DNA of 64,000 nucleotides from a cyanobacterium endosymbiont of Rhopalodia gibba (GCA_045159875.1 CP067995.1:192001-256000); one strand, 5' to 3'; shown: positions 33,490-44,396, counted from the first letter of the stretch. Program-made: numbers and translations. Notes: generated from the letters alone by a model not told the origin.

Positions 33490-34211
33490 TGTCCTGTTGA
33501 GCAGTATTGCATTGCCAAAATAGTCAGTCTTTCAATTCTACCTATCTTCTTTGTACTATTTATTTCTGTCGAGAGTAGAAAATATTATTAACCAACAATA
33601 ACATCAATCTTCTGTTTGAACGCAAGGAAAAAGTCTCCCAAAAATAGAATACTCTCAATTTCAATGCTGTCGAGTGATAGTAGTTATCTCCGACACTGTA
33701 AGGTCTAATATCTTATCAAGAATAGGAAGTATATCCTTTTCACCTGAAACTAATGGTAGTTCTTTATTTTCCCAAACCCAAATTTGCTATCGCTGAATAT
33801 TAATTGACTAAGTAAGCCTAGTCTCATTACTCAAACAGTGTAGAATTTTGTTCTATAGCCATAATCTACTTCGGTCAAGGGAGCAAATTTTAATTCACCA
33901 GTGCGGCGGGCTTTGCTGGGAGCCATCTCTATTACAGAGGTGATCACTGTTAATGACAGCAATCTCAGAAATACGAGATAACAAGAAAGCAATACATCGG
34001 AGTTCTTGAATAGCTTCCCCTGTATTAGTTTGAAGGCTAATATCGTTAACGAAATTGCAGCGGGTGCAAGAATGAAACAGTTTTGGCATAGGCTTTTACT
34101 TCGCGTGTCCATCCATCGATAAATTTCTAAGTTGGAGATGCTTAAATGTTTGGTTTTGGGAGAAAAGTATTTAGTATTTAAGGAGCTAATAATGCTAGAT
34201 GATTGCATCAT
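33490..34211 (-). pseudogene. Decayed gene of unidentified family
   Basis: Protein-like fragments in shifting frames (ARRTGELKFAPLTEVDYGYR; WVWENKELPLVSGEKDILPILDKIL; EYSIFGRLFPCVQ) with stops. Confidence 0.4.
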
Positions 34212-34282
34212 GAAGTTATCTACAAAAGGATATAAGAAGGCACAATGTATTTTTAGGATATGGCTAACACTCTTTTGATTGT

Positions 34283-34624
34283 ATGAACATTAAAGAAAAA
34301 TTTGATCAATATCCTCCTGACATGCAGCAATGGATGATCCAACAAGAAAAAAATAAATTAACTCGTATTAAACAAGCCTTGGAGAAAGGCAAAATAGTTT
34401 ACACTCAATTAAAAGAAGAAAATAAAGGGAAATGGTTAGAAAAAACTATTCAATTATTAGAACAATACTTAAGCCTTCTCCCTCCAAGGGACTATCCTTT
34501 GGAAGAAGTTTCCGATAACTATATCTTACAAGTGTGGGAGAGGCTAGAAAATGATTTCAGTTTACACGAATTAATTTCTCAAGTGGAAACACGATATGAA
34601 GAATTACTAAAAATAAAACTCTAA
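34283..34624 (+). CDS. Hypothetical soluble helical protein
   Basis: Open 113-aa frame with ATG start and protein-like composition; stop overlaps that of the convergent gene. Confidence 0.7.
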   Translation: MNIKEKFDQYPPDMQQWMIQQEKNKLTRIKQALEKGKIVYTQLKEENKGKWLEKTIQLLEQYLSLLPPRDYPLEEVSDNYILQVWERLENDFSLHELISQVETRYEELLKIKL

Positions 34625-35085
34625 TCAGGTTTATTTAAACGCAATTGTTTAAGTAAACTGTACACAAGAGGAGAGAGAACAACCCCCATCGCTAAAACAA
34701 AAATTAACCCGCTGAACAGTGCATAAAGTGAGGCAAAAAACTTGGCACTATTAGTTAATAATGGACTAACAGGACCCATTCCACTGAGAATCATAGACGC
34801 TTCCACCATAGCATCGATCCAACTTAAATTGGCAGTCCAATGATAGCCAATAATACCGACTAAAAGTCCGAGCAAGATAAAAAGAGTAGACAAACCTAGA
34901 TAACTCACAAAATCACGAATAAATGTGTTTTCTGTGTGAGTTCTTTTGTCCAAGAGTGATTCTACTTGTTTCCAGTCTTCCATGGATTGTGATGGGGGCT
35001 TTTGTTTAGAAAATAGATGGACATTAGCCGAGTTTCTTGTCAGTTGTGGTTTGGTTACTGTTATACTCTTGAGTGGTTGTCTCAT
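34621..35085 (-). CDS. Small membrane protein with TM-pore helix-TM (K+-channel-like) layout
   Basis: TM ending GIIGYH, then LSWIDAMVEASMILSGMGP, then a TM (AKFFASLYALFSGLIF). Confidence 0.7.
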   Translation of the reverse strand: MRQPLKSITVTKPQLTRNSANVHLFSKQKPPSQSMEDWKQVESLLDKRTHTENTFIRDFVSYLGLSTLFILLGLLVGIIGYHWTANLSWIDAMVEASMILSGMGPVSPLLTNSAKFFASLYALFSGLIFVLAMGVVLSPLVYSLLKQLRLNKPD

Positions 35086-35459
35086 CTTTACCCTTAATAG
35101 TAAACATTCAACCCTAATAATAAACCCCCAAATCGGATTAGCCTAGTGGGGGGATAGATAAATGTTACAGATTAGGAACATAAACTTTTTTATAAAAAAT
35201 AATATAACTATTTAATGTTTTTGTAAAAATTAATACAGTCATTTAACTAAAAAAATATCTTCCAAAGCAAAAGCGAGCATGAATATTTAATCTTTTTTAA
35301 AGACATGGCAATATACAAAGTAAGTATTTAGAGATTTAGATAATCTTATTTTGGAACAAACTTTTTTAATGTCTGTAGCAGATGATTCACATTTCTCACT
35401 GCGTCACACTCTCGAAAAAATAGATGTATGATCATATAAGATTGTCTTATGTTAGCCAT

Positions 35460-36500
35460 AGAACAACCGCTCTTTTTTTTAAAAATAGGCTAGAAAAGTT
35501 AGTTATATCAAACTTAAAAAACTTTAGATTAGTTTTAGTATATCCTACTATCTAGTTCAGCCTTCTTAATAAGTTTATTAACATCAATTAAATAAATAAA
35601 TAATTATAATATTCAGTCTTATTTTTTACTAAAAATTGTTATGATTTTCTCTGTCAAGAGAAGTATTTTTCAAAAAAATAGTGACGTTTTATACAACTAG
35701 TTTAATTTGGCTTTTTATTTTTGACTAGACTAGTATTTTACTATCTTTAGTTTCTTATTTAAGTTTTTTTGTTTATATAGTTTAGTATTAACTTGCTTCA
35801 TAACATGAAATCTATCTGCTATTACTACAGTTTATAGCATTAATTTGTTCATAATCTTCTTATATGGTTCCCCAATATCTGTACTAACATCTTCAATTTT
35901 TATCAAAATTCTCTTTTTGTAAGCTTTTATCTATCTTACCATTTTTTTGTATTTTCTTGTTTTTATCATTTTTAAGCTTACTCCTTTACGTGAATTTACT
36001 AACACTACATAGGAACTTCCTTATCTTTCAATAAAAGCAATTTTATGGATTGCGAACTGTTTGAATATCGGCTGGTTTTCTTCTGTAATTTTTAATTTTA
36101 ATCTTTGAAAATCGTTGTTATTTTTTGTAGTCTATTTGTTTCAGCTATATTTTTAATATCACCATTTAAGATGTCTTCAATGATTTTTGTCTTAAATTTA
36201 TCTTAAATCTTTCAAAATGTGTTTTTTAAAAAAAATTTAACTACTCTATAATTTCGTTACACATTGATTATATTTGATTTGATGACGATTAACCTTTAGA
36301 TAGATATATTTCTCTTAACCAAGACAAATCTTTAAGAGTTAACTCATTATTTTGATGAAGTTTTCTGGTGGTTAAACCACTTAAATGCAAGTTAATGTCT
36401 ATTCTATTTTAAAACAAATAAAACTATCATTAGTTATTTAAAATCTTATCATAGGTTATGGTAAATTTTTCTGAATTTAAAATATCATTTATAAACCTTA
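35460..36500 (-). mobile_element. ISL3-family transposase remnant, copy 3 (most complete)
   Basis: RKLHQNNELTLKDLSW, LKVNRHQIKYNQC, KIIEDILNGDIKNIAE and IEDVSTDIGEPYKKIM...VIADRFHVMKQVN. Confidence 0.85.
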
Positions 36501-36559
36501 GTAAAGTATTTTATATTTTAGGTATTAATAAGATTATAGTAATAAATTGTGGTTGTTTT

Positions 36560-36880
36560 TAAAACACAATTAACTACTATAGTATCTATATAATAATAGT
36601 TGTTGATAAGTCCATTATTGAAAACAAAATGTTTTCTTTTTATCTTTATATAACGGATTTAGTAGAAAAAATTAAATTGATATGACTATCAAGTTTATTC
36701 AATGACTACATTGTCAATATTTGAAGTCTTATCTACAAACTCAATATCTTGTTTAACTTTGTCGAATAAATCAACAGGTTTATGACTTTATCTTTTTCAA
36801 AACCTGCTCACGTTTTTATGAGATAAATCCTCAAATATTTTAGGCAAACAATGATACACTAAATATTAAAATTTAGTGAT
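36560..36880 (-). mobile_element. Probable IS701-family transposase remnant
   Basis: DLSHKNVSRF*KR...DLFDKVKQDIEFVDKTSNIDNVVIE resembles IS701 SHDxxxRFL...LxxDDxVxxK. Confidence 0.45.
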
Positions 36881-37242
36881 TAAATATTAACTATAGAAGG
36901 TTAAATGATACTTGAAAGTTAATTGTTTTGCAGAAGTTTTGGCAGCCATACTAATCCTGACGATTGTCTTTATCCTATCAGTTTTCTGCGCTTTGTTTTT
37001 AGCGCTCGCTTTATATTTCTGTACAAATTTACAAATTATATTTAAGTTCATCTATCAATGCTTAAGTTCCACTAACAATAAACTTAAATTAACCTAATTT
37101 TATGATTTTAGACCTCTCTATCAGCTCCGAATTGAGCAATAGTTTTTAAAAACTAAAGGATTGTCATTTGAAGTGGTTTTTTAGTTCTTAGCCAAAAGAT
37201 TTATGGACAAAGTTTTATTGATAGATACTTCCATTAGGAAAT

Positions 37243-38826
37243 TTAATTTTCAACTTTTTTATCAGCATTATATTCACAAGATTTAACCATAACACTTTGA
37301 GTTTTTAAAAGAGGAAAAGCAATTACATCCCGAATACTGACTGAATCAGTTAATAGCATTACTAAGCGATCTATGCCAATTCCTAGTCCACCTGTGGGGG
37401 GCATTCCGTATTCTAAGGCGGTTAAGAAATCTTCATCAACTCCTTGTGCTTCTAGGTCTCCTGTGGCCTTTTGGGCAGCTTGTTCTTCTAATCTTTGTCT
37501 TTGATCAATAGGATCAGTTAGTTCAGAAAAACTATTAGCTAATTCTCGTCCCACAATATACAGTTCAAACCGTTCTACTAACCCTTTCTGGGATCGATGA
37601 GGCTTAGCTAAAGGAGAAATTTCTACTGGAAAATCAAGAACAAAAGTAGGTTGAGTCAAGGTTTCTTCAACCGTTTGCTCAAAGGTTTCATTGAGTAATT
37701 TACCTAAAGAAAGACAATTATCAGGAACTTCAATCCCAGCTTTTTTAACAGCTTTTTTAGCTTCTTCAAAAGTTTCAAATTGATTAAAATCCAGTCCGCT
37801 TTTTTCTTTAACAATTTCATGCATTGTTACTCTTCTCCACGGAGTAGATAAGTCAATTTCTTCCCCTTGGTAGGTGATTTTTAAAGTTCCTAAAACGTCT
37901 TGTGCCGCAGTGGTAATAATTTTTACAGTTAGTTCCATCATATCGAAGTAGTCAGCATAAGCTTGATACACTTCAATGGAAGTAAATTCAGGATTATGTT
38001 TGGTTGAAATCCCTTCATTGCGAAAAATTCTTCCCAATTCAAAAACCTTTTCAAACCCTCCTATAATTAACCTTTTAAGGTGTAATTCAGTAGCAATTCT
38101 CAGGTATAAATCCATCTCCAAGGTATTATGATAAGTAACAAAAGGACGAGCTTCCGCTCCCCCTGCTTCTCCTTGTAATACAGGAGTTTCTATTTCAATA
38201 AATCCTTTTTTATCTAAATAGCGACGGATCGAAGCGGTAATTTGAGCACGACGGCGAAAAGTCTGTCTTACCTGGGGATTAATAATCAAATCAACATAGC
38301 GTTGACGATAGCGTTTTTCTGTATCTGTCAATCCATGCCATTTATCGGGTAAAGGTAACAAGGACTTGGTCAAAATTGTATAGGTATTAACATTAACAGA
38401 TAGTTCTCCCTTTTCAGTTCTTTTTAAGTTTCCTGTTACCCCTAAAATATCACCAGTATCTGTTAATTTTTTGAGATTATTAAACGCATCAGGAAAATCC
38501 TTCATAGAGGATTGAATTCGTTTCTTATCTAAATATAATTGAATAGTTCCTGTTTCATCTTGCAGGTTAAAAAAAGCTAGTTTTCCAAATACCCGACGGG
38601 CAATAATCCTCCCTGCGATCGCCACTTCTATGTCAATTTCTTCCCCATCTTTAAGAGCAATATATTTATCCTGTAAATCAACCGCAGTATTAGTAGATTT
38701 CCATTTATAAGCGTAGGGAACTAAATTCAATCGTTTTAACTCCTCAACTTTCTCAAGACGTGTTGTGCGAATTTCTTCTAAAGTAGAGATGGATTTGGAT
38801 TCTTTTAGGGGCTGATTGGAAGACAT
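37243..38826 (-). CDS. lysS: Lysine--tRNA ligase (class II) with truncated C-terminal KTSC domain
   Basis: [42 protein letters not shown]. Confidence 0.97.
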   Translation of the reverse strand: MSSNQPLKESKSISTLEEIRTTRLEKVEELKRLNLVPYAYKWKSTNTAVDLQDKYIALKDGEEIDIEVAIAGRIIARRVFGKLAFFNLQDETGTIQLYLDKKRIQSSMKDFPDAFNNLKKLTDTGDILGVTGNLKRTEKGELSVNVNTYTILTKSLLPLPDKWHGLTDTEKRYRQRYVDLIINPQVRQTFRRRAQITASIRRYLDKKGFIEIETPVLQGEAGGAEARPFVTYHNTLEMDLYLRIATELHLKRLIIGGFEKVFELGRIFRNEGISTKHNPEFTSIEVYQAYADYFDMMELTVKIITTAAQDVLGTLKITYQGEEIDLSTPWRRVTMHEIVKEKSGLDFNQFETFEEAKKAVKKAGIEVPDNCLSLGKLLNETFEQTVEETLTQPTFVLDFPVEISPLAKPHRSQKGLVERFELYIVGRELANSFSELTDPIDQRQRLEEQAAQKATGDLEAQGVDEDFLTALEYGMPPTGGLGIGIDRLVMLLTDSVSIRDVIAFPLLKTQSVMVKSCEYNADKKVEN

Positions 38827-38989
38827 TGTAATTGATAATTAAGATAGTATAAAACTACAAACAAAAACCTCTGTTTGGGATGACCTCCAAACAGGAACCT
38901 AAATGGAATTTTATTATAGCTTGTTACCCTTAAATATCTTGCAATTTAACCAAAATGTTATGCTTAAAAGATTAAGTAATGGAGCATAA

Positions 38990-39770
38990 CTTTGACTTAC
39001 AGTAATTATCAAATGTTTAATCTGAAGTTTTCTACACCAATAGGCTCTGATCTCTACTGAAATCCAGGTTCACTATATAGACGTCTGTAAGTTAGTTCTT
39101 AGTAATTTCGACTCTAGCCTAAATAATTAGAGCAAACATGAGATCAGGACCGCATACATTAGCCTCTGCGAGGTTAGTACACTTAGAACTAGTGCCATAG
39201 AGATTGGATTCACCTAAATTGGCTTCTGTTAAATTAACAGAACTGGAATGGGTTTCGCTCAAATTCGCACTTCCTATATTTACCTAACTTGAATTGACTT
39301 TCCCAAAATCTGCACAAGACAATTGTGCTTCTTCTTAGTGGAGTTAATTCCTGTTGATGTTTCTAAAGTCAAGGCTTCAAGACTTTAACATTCTTTGGGT
39401 TACTCCATACACAACATTTTTTCCAAAACTAGCTGCGGTTATCTGTCCGTTGATGTACGCCCACTTTACTTGATGTTTGGGCTTTGGGCTTTGGGCTCAA
39501 ATAATTGCTTAACCATTTCGAAAACATTGGGATTGTCTGTAGCAGGGCGCAATTGCTTGACTATACAAATAGGAGTTCCTGAAACAAATAAATCGGTAGA
39601 CCTAAAGGCTACCCAAAAAATTCTTTTGTCTCAAATAAGTTCCTAGAGGTCAACACCGGTTTTTAAATTAAAGTGGAGTCCTATCGACAAATTTTAACAC
39701 AGTAGTTTATGAAGCCTCACCGACGTCATATTTTTTGGCTTTGACTAATCGGATTCAAATCAGGGTCGAT
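38990..39770 (-). pseudogene. SpkB-like Ser/Thr kinase plus pentapeptide-repeat pseudogene
   Basis: Kinase N-lobe fragment GTPICIVKQLRPATDNPNVFEMVKQLFE, followed after a deletion by pentapeptides AQLSC ADFGK ... ANLSE ... VNLTE ANLGE SNLYG ... TNLAE ANVCG. Confidence 0.75.
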
Positions 39771-39844
39771 ACCAATTAATTAGAGTAGTCAAATTTCAAT
39801 ATTCTTTGAAGAACATGAGAAAAATTATTTAAGTTGACTATTTT

Positions 39845-39906
39845 TTCTTTAAATTATGCATCAGCCAGTCTCTCAATGTGACCTTGCTGATGCATAATTT
39901 AAAGAA
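39845..39906. terminator. Perfect 21-bp inverted repeat abutting the stop of the 70-aa gene
   Basis: TTCTTTAAATTATGCATCAGC - 20 nt - GCTGATGCATAATTTAAAGAA. Confidence 0.8.
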
Positions 39907-39907
39907 G

Positions 39908-40120
39908 TTAATCGATAGAAATTGATTGGGGACCACTTCCGTTATCGGAAGTGCTATCTGTATAGGTAAAATCGGTAAATCCTTGTTTGCCTAACCAGGC
40001 TTTCAAGGGATCTTCGGATAATTTTAGTTTTAGACTCCCAGATACAAACCCTCCAGTAAATACTAATGGATGCTGTAAAAATTCTTGAAAAATAAGCTGT
40101 AATTCGTCGAGAAACATCAC
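39908..40120 (-). CDS. Conserved small cyanobacterial hypothetical protein
   Basis: MFLDELQxIFQEFxQHPxxFxGGFVSG...DPLKAWL...GPQSISID, recalled as a conserved cyanobacterial family. Confidence 0.75.
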   Translation of the reverse strand: MMFLDELQLIFQEFLQHPLVFTGGFVSGSLKLKLSEDPLKAWLGKQGFTDFTYTDSTSDNGSGPQSISID

Positions 40121-40329
40121 AAATCTCCTTGTGTTTGATGGAATTAATAACTAGGGTTTTTGAAAAACTATTCTCTTCAATTGTCCCCTTGTTAAATGTT
40201 AAGTTAATCCAAGTCAATGGGACAAACTTATGGAAGACTTTGGCTAAATCTACAACGGCTGAATTGTCAAGGAGGATAAATCCAGTTCTACTGATAATTG
40301 TTGTTGTGTTAGGATTTTATTTGTTTAGA

Positions 40330-40740
40330 TCACTGTTTGAGTAGTTGCCTCTGATACTGTAACTATTTTGGAAGGAAACAACCTGATAATTTAGGTGTAA
40401 GTGAGCAAAGACTGACGGCTTATCCAAGTAGTCCCAACTGTATCAGTTCTCAAAGTTCTGACTTCAGACATTATTATTGATTCCATCACTCGTCAGTATA
40501 GAATATCGTCAGCAATCGCCACTCTTAAAGAGATTATTAAAAATTAAGAACACACTCAAATTACCAAAGAAGCTAATAGTTATTTCTATGCTTAATTCAC
40601 TGCTCGTTAGATGGGGATCATTGATAATATAGAATCGCACATCAATCAACCCTTTAAGGGTTGATTGATGTGCGATTCGCTTCTCGTTTAGGAAAACTTA
40701 TTGAAGAGTTAATCGTCAGCGTATTGAATAAATTTGACAG
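40330..40740 (+). pseudogene. DUF1499-family protein pseudogene
   Basis: GKQPDNLGVSEQRLTAYPSSPNCISSQ, YFYA*FTAR*MGIIDNIE, IDVRFASRLG, VNRQRIE. Confidence 0.8.
40632..40678. repeat. Perfect 47-bp palindrome inside the DUF1499 pseudogene
   Basis: GAATCGCACATCAATCAACCCTT-T-AAGGGTTGATTGATGTGCGATTC; 23-bp arms. Confidence 0.92.
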
Positions 40741-40781
40741 GCATTTAATAGCTAATGTTTTAAGCGTGTTAGAGTAGCCTA

Positions 40782-41969
40782 GTGTACCTAAATTACCTAA
40801 CAATCTTACTTAGTAGATTTGTTCTAGAGATTATGCAATTTATTATTGAAGCTATTGAACAATCCCCCCAACAAAAAATAACTTTTGCTGATTACATGAG
40901 TCTAGCCCTTTATCACCCCCAAGGAGGATATTATTCTTCTGGACGAGCACAAATTGGAACTCAGGGAGATTTTTTTACAGCTTCTTCTTTAGGATCAGAT
41001 TTTGGAGAATTGCTAGCTGAGCAGTTTTTGGAAATGTGGAAATTGTTAGGCTCTCCCAAAGCTTTTAATTTAGTGGAAGTAGGTGCGGGAAGTGGTTGGT
41101 GTGCTGCTGATATTTTAAAGTATTTACATGATAATTATCCAGATTTCTATGAAGTAACCCACTATATTATTGTTGAAGAAGCACGAAGATTAATTGAAAA
41201 GCAAGAAAGTATTCTTAGTATGACTGATAAAGAAAATAAAGTTATTTGGAAATCGTGGGATGAAATTGAAGATTCGTCTCTAACTGGTTGTATTTTTAGC
41301 AATGAATTAATTGATGCTTTTCCAGTTCATTTGATAACTATTAACAATAAAAAAATAACAGAAATATATGTAACGCAGTTGGAAGGAAAAATCAAAGAAG
41401 TCATCTCAGAATTGTCAACTACAAAAATTATTGATTATTTTGAATTAATTAATATTAATTTAAATACTAATGAATATCCTGAAAACTACCGTACTGAAGT
41501 CAATTTAAAGGCTTTAGATTGGTTAAAAAAAATATGCAGTAAGTTAAAACGTGGTTATCTACTAACAATAGATTATGGGCATGTAGCTAGTAAATATTAT
41601 CACCCTCAACGCCATAAAGGAACGTTAAAATGCTATTATAAACACCGTCATCATGATAATCCTTATGTTAACATTGGACAGCAAGATATAACATCTCATG
41701 TTAACTTTACTGCTCTGGAAAAACAAGGGGAATTATTAAACTTAGAAACTGTAAAATTTACTCAACAAGGACTATTTTTAATGGGATTAGGATTGGGCAC
41801 TCGTCTGCTGGAATTGTCCACGGGTAAGTATGGTTTTCTTGACGTGATTAAACGTCGGGATACCCTTCACCAATTAATTGATCCCATGGGGTTAGGAGGA
41901 TTTGGAGTATTGTTACAAAGTAAAGGACTGACAAAAGAAGAAAAAAGACGACCGCTTAAAGGTTTTTGA
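40782..41969 (+). CDS. Class I SAM-dependent methyltransferase, NDUFAF7/MidA family
   Basis: ITFADYMSLALYHP..GYY, GDFFT, VEVGAGSG, SNELIDAFP, IDYG, QDITSHVNF; start may be ATG 40833. Confidence 0.9.
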   Translation: MYLNYLTILLSRFVLEIMQFIIEAIEQSPQQKITFADYMSLALYHPQGGYYSSGRAQIGTQGDFFTASSLGSDFGELLAEQFLEMWKLLGSPKAFNLVEVGAGSGWCAADILKYLHDNYPDFYEVTHYIIVEEARRLIEKQESILSMTDKENKVIWKSWDEIEDSSLTGCIFSNELIDAFPVHLITINNKKITEIYVTQLEGKIKEVISELSTTKIIDYFELININLNTNEYPENYRTEVNLKALDWLKKICSKLKRGYLLTIDYGHVASKYYHPQRHKGTLKCYYKHRHHDNPYVNIGQQDITSHVNFTALEKQGELLNLETVKFTQQGLFLMGLGLGTRLLELSTGKYGFLDVIKRRDTLHQLIDPMGLGGFGVLLQSKGLTKEEKRRPLKGF

Positions 41970-42229
41970 CGAAAAATTAATCACGTATGTTAAGTATTTT
42001 AAATACTAATCATCATAACATCATCTCTTAATCTATAAACATTGATTCACTTATAAACTTTGTATTAAAATTAACACTATATAAATAATTGAATTGATTG
42101 GGATGTGCCCAACTCTAAAAGTCTACTTTCTCTTGAACATAAACTGTTTTTTACAACTAAGCTGTTATTTTTCCTATGAAAAGAAAAAAGTCTCTAATAG
42201 AAAAGTAGTTAAAACATAGCAATAACTAA

Positions 42230-42600
42230 ATGCCAGCTTGCCTAAAAGTTCAGCTAATACAATTAGAAAACAAAAATTGTTAAAGTTAGCTCGTAACCCA
42301 GAAATTATCTTCAGAACGAGAGCAGAAGTTTTATTTTTAATAAGAGGATGGAAAATCCAATAAATTGCAGATGAGGTTAAGTTATATACTGCAGAGATAA
42401 GGGAATATATATGGTAATTAGTTTTAAGAATTATTTAGTATATATGAATAGTTTAGTTAAGGTCAGATTGAACAAAAGCCCATGAGATTGTCGGAAGAAA
42501 GCGATTCTATAAAGTCTTTATCAAAAAAGTTACCATAAGAAATGTAGATTAAAACAATATAAATTTAACTCTAATTGCTTAAATATTAGAAATACAAGAT
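42230..42600 (+). mobile_element. IS630-family transposase remnant (N-terminal HTH)
   Basis: MPACLKVQL...KLLKLARNPEIIFRTRAEVLFLIRGWKIQ*IADEVK. Confidence 0.7.
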
Positions 42601-42774
42601 GATTTACTGACTTTTTCCATCAACAATTTTTTCATTCTCATTAAAAATCGTCCATCGACGATCACACCATGAAAGTACCACTTGTGAAAATTGTTGCTTA
42701 ACTTGAAATATGGATATTTTATCTAAGGATTTAATTAAGTAAGATAGACAATAATCTCATTCAGATAAGCCTAA

Positions 42775-44097
42775 CTATTTAGAGTTGACATCAACACAAA
42801 CTCCAGACGATTCAAGTAGTTTGATAAATTCAGTTTCCGAGAGTTGACAAATACCAAACTTTTGAGCTTTTCTTAGTTTATCACCAGGAGTTTCTCCCAC
42901 AACAACATAGTGAGTTTTTAAACTAGGAGAGCTGCTTAAAGTTCCTCCTGCTTTTTGAATATACGACTTAGCTTCATCTCGATTCATTTGGGATAAATTG
43001 CCTAATACAACTATTTTTTTACCCTCAAATAAACTCTCTTGGTTTAAGCTTTTTTCATTTTCTTGTGTATTTCCTGTAGTTGATTTTCCCTGAATTTCCT
43101 GAGTATCTTCTAATATAGATTGTGATTTAGATAGAATATTATAAGGTTTAGCAACACTATCTTGAAGACTCGATTGTTGTGTTTCTAACCCTTTAATTTT
43201 TTTTTCTAAAGTAGCCAGTCGTTTACGTTCTTTGGTTATAGTTTCTTCAAAAGTTTTTTTTTCTTTATTTAAACTATCTATTCTTTGCTCTAGGGTAGCT
43301 TCTAAAGCTTCTTTTTCTTTAGCTTGCTCTTGCAAAGTAGCCAGTTGTTTACGTTCTTTAGTTATGGTTTCTTCAAAAGTTTTTTTCTCTTGAGTTAAAC
43401 TATCTATTTTTTGTTGTAGGCTAGCTTCTAAAGCTTCTTTTTCTTTAGCTAATCCCTGAAGTTGCCTTTCTAGAGATACTACTAGTTGACTTTCTTTATT
43501 GAGAATCTCTTCAAGTTTTTTCTTTTCTTGAGTTAAACTATCTATCTTTTGTTGTAAAGTAGCAATGTTCCCTAATTCTTTTTGTAATGTATTGACTGTG
43601 TACTCATTTTCTCTACGTAAACTCTCAAGTTGCTGTTGGAGAGAAGAAACTTGCTCTTGTTGCTTAATTTGTAATTGGCATTTTAATCTTTCTGATTCTT
43701 TAAGATCCTTTCCCAAAGATATAAGTTTTTCTTTGTTTTTATCTAAATCTTTGGTTACAGCGGTAATTTCTTGCTGTTTTTTCTCTAAATTTTTAGCTAA
43801 ATTACTCTTATCAAATTCCATTTGATTGACAGTCTCTCTCAAATGAGTAAGTTGACAAGAAACTTCATCAAGTTGATGCTGGATTTGCTCTTTATCATGA
43901 GTTAACGTTTTATTGGACATAACAGCACGAGTTAGCTGCTCATGTAGAGTTTCTTTCTCTTGGTTGATCTGTTTCTGTTTGTCAACGAGTTCTAATTCCC
44001 GTTTCGTGCTACTACGACGGAGTTGCCAATAGTTAACCCAAGAAGCTCCTAAAACAAGTATCAATGCGGCAATTTCATAAACTATTTGATTTGTCAT
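42775..44097 (-). CDS. Membrane-anchored coiled-coil protein with C-terminal BRCT domain
   Basis: N-terminal TM, about 290 aa of heptad-rich coiled coil with internal repeats, BRCT FEGKKIVVLGNL..MNRDEAK.YI..AGG...KTHYVVVGE.PG.KL.KA. Confidence 0.85.
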   Translation of the reverse strand: MTNQIVYEIAALILVLGASWVNYWQLRRSSTKRELELVDKQKQINQEKETLHEQLTRAVMSNKTLTHDKEQIQHQLDEVSCQLTHLRETVNQMEFDKSNLAKNLEKKQQEITAVTKDLDKNKEKLISLGKDLKESERLKCQLQIKQQEQVSSLQQQLESLRRENEYTVNTLQKELGNIATLQQKIDSLTQEKKKLEEILNKESQLVVSLERQLQGLAKEKEALEASLQQKIDSLTQEKKTFEETITKERKQLATLQEQAKEKEALEATLEQRIDSLNKEKKTFEETITKERKRLATLEKKIKGLETQQSSLQDSVAKPYNILSKSQSILEDTQEIQGKSTTGNTQENEKSLNQESLFEGKKIVVLGNLSQMNRDEAKSYIQKAGGTLSSSPSLKTHYVVVGETPGDKLRKAQKFGICQLSETEFIKLLESSGVCVDVNSK

Positions 44098-44396
44098 ATT
44101 ACTTCTCCTAAATAAAAGCAGCCGCAGGCTAATCGTTGATCTAGAACGTATTCCTCAGTCAAGCTGATGTGACCTATCTATATCCTTACTATATATATCA
44201 GGCTGTCATACTGGAAACGGGGTAAACAGATTAAATCTTACAAATCTTAATAGAAGAAGAGGGTGGAGAAGTCGGGGAGTGTGAAAACTGTAAGATATAC
44301 GAGAGAGTTATCCCTAACATAACTTGAGAAATTTAAGAGCATCTATTAATAATTTAATTTTCTTAAAAAGATTACTAAATTAGCCTTTAACAAACT

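Noticed and set aside
37243..37262. Programmed frameshift to restore LysS-KTSC
   Set aside because: The downstream frame has further stop codons, so no full fusion can be made
39395..39646. 83-aa plus-strand ORF
   Set aside because: Antisense to the SpkB-like pseudogene
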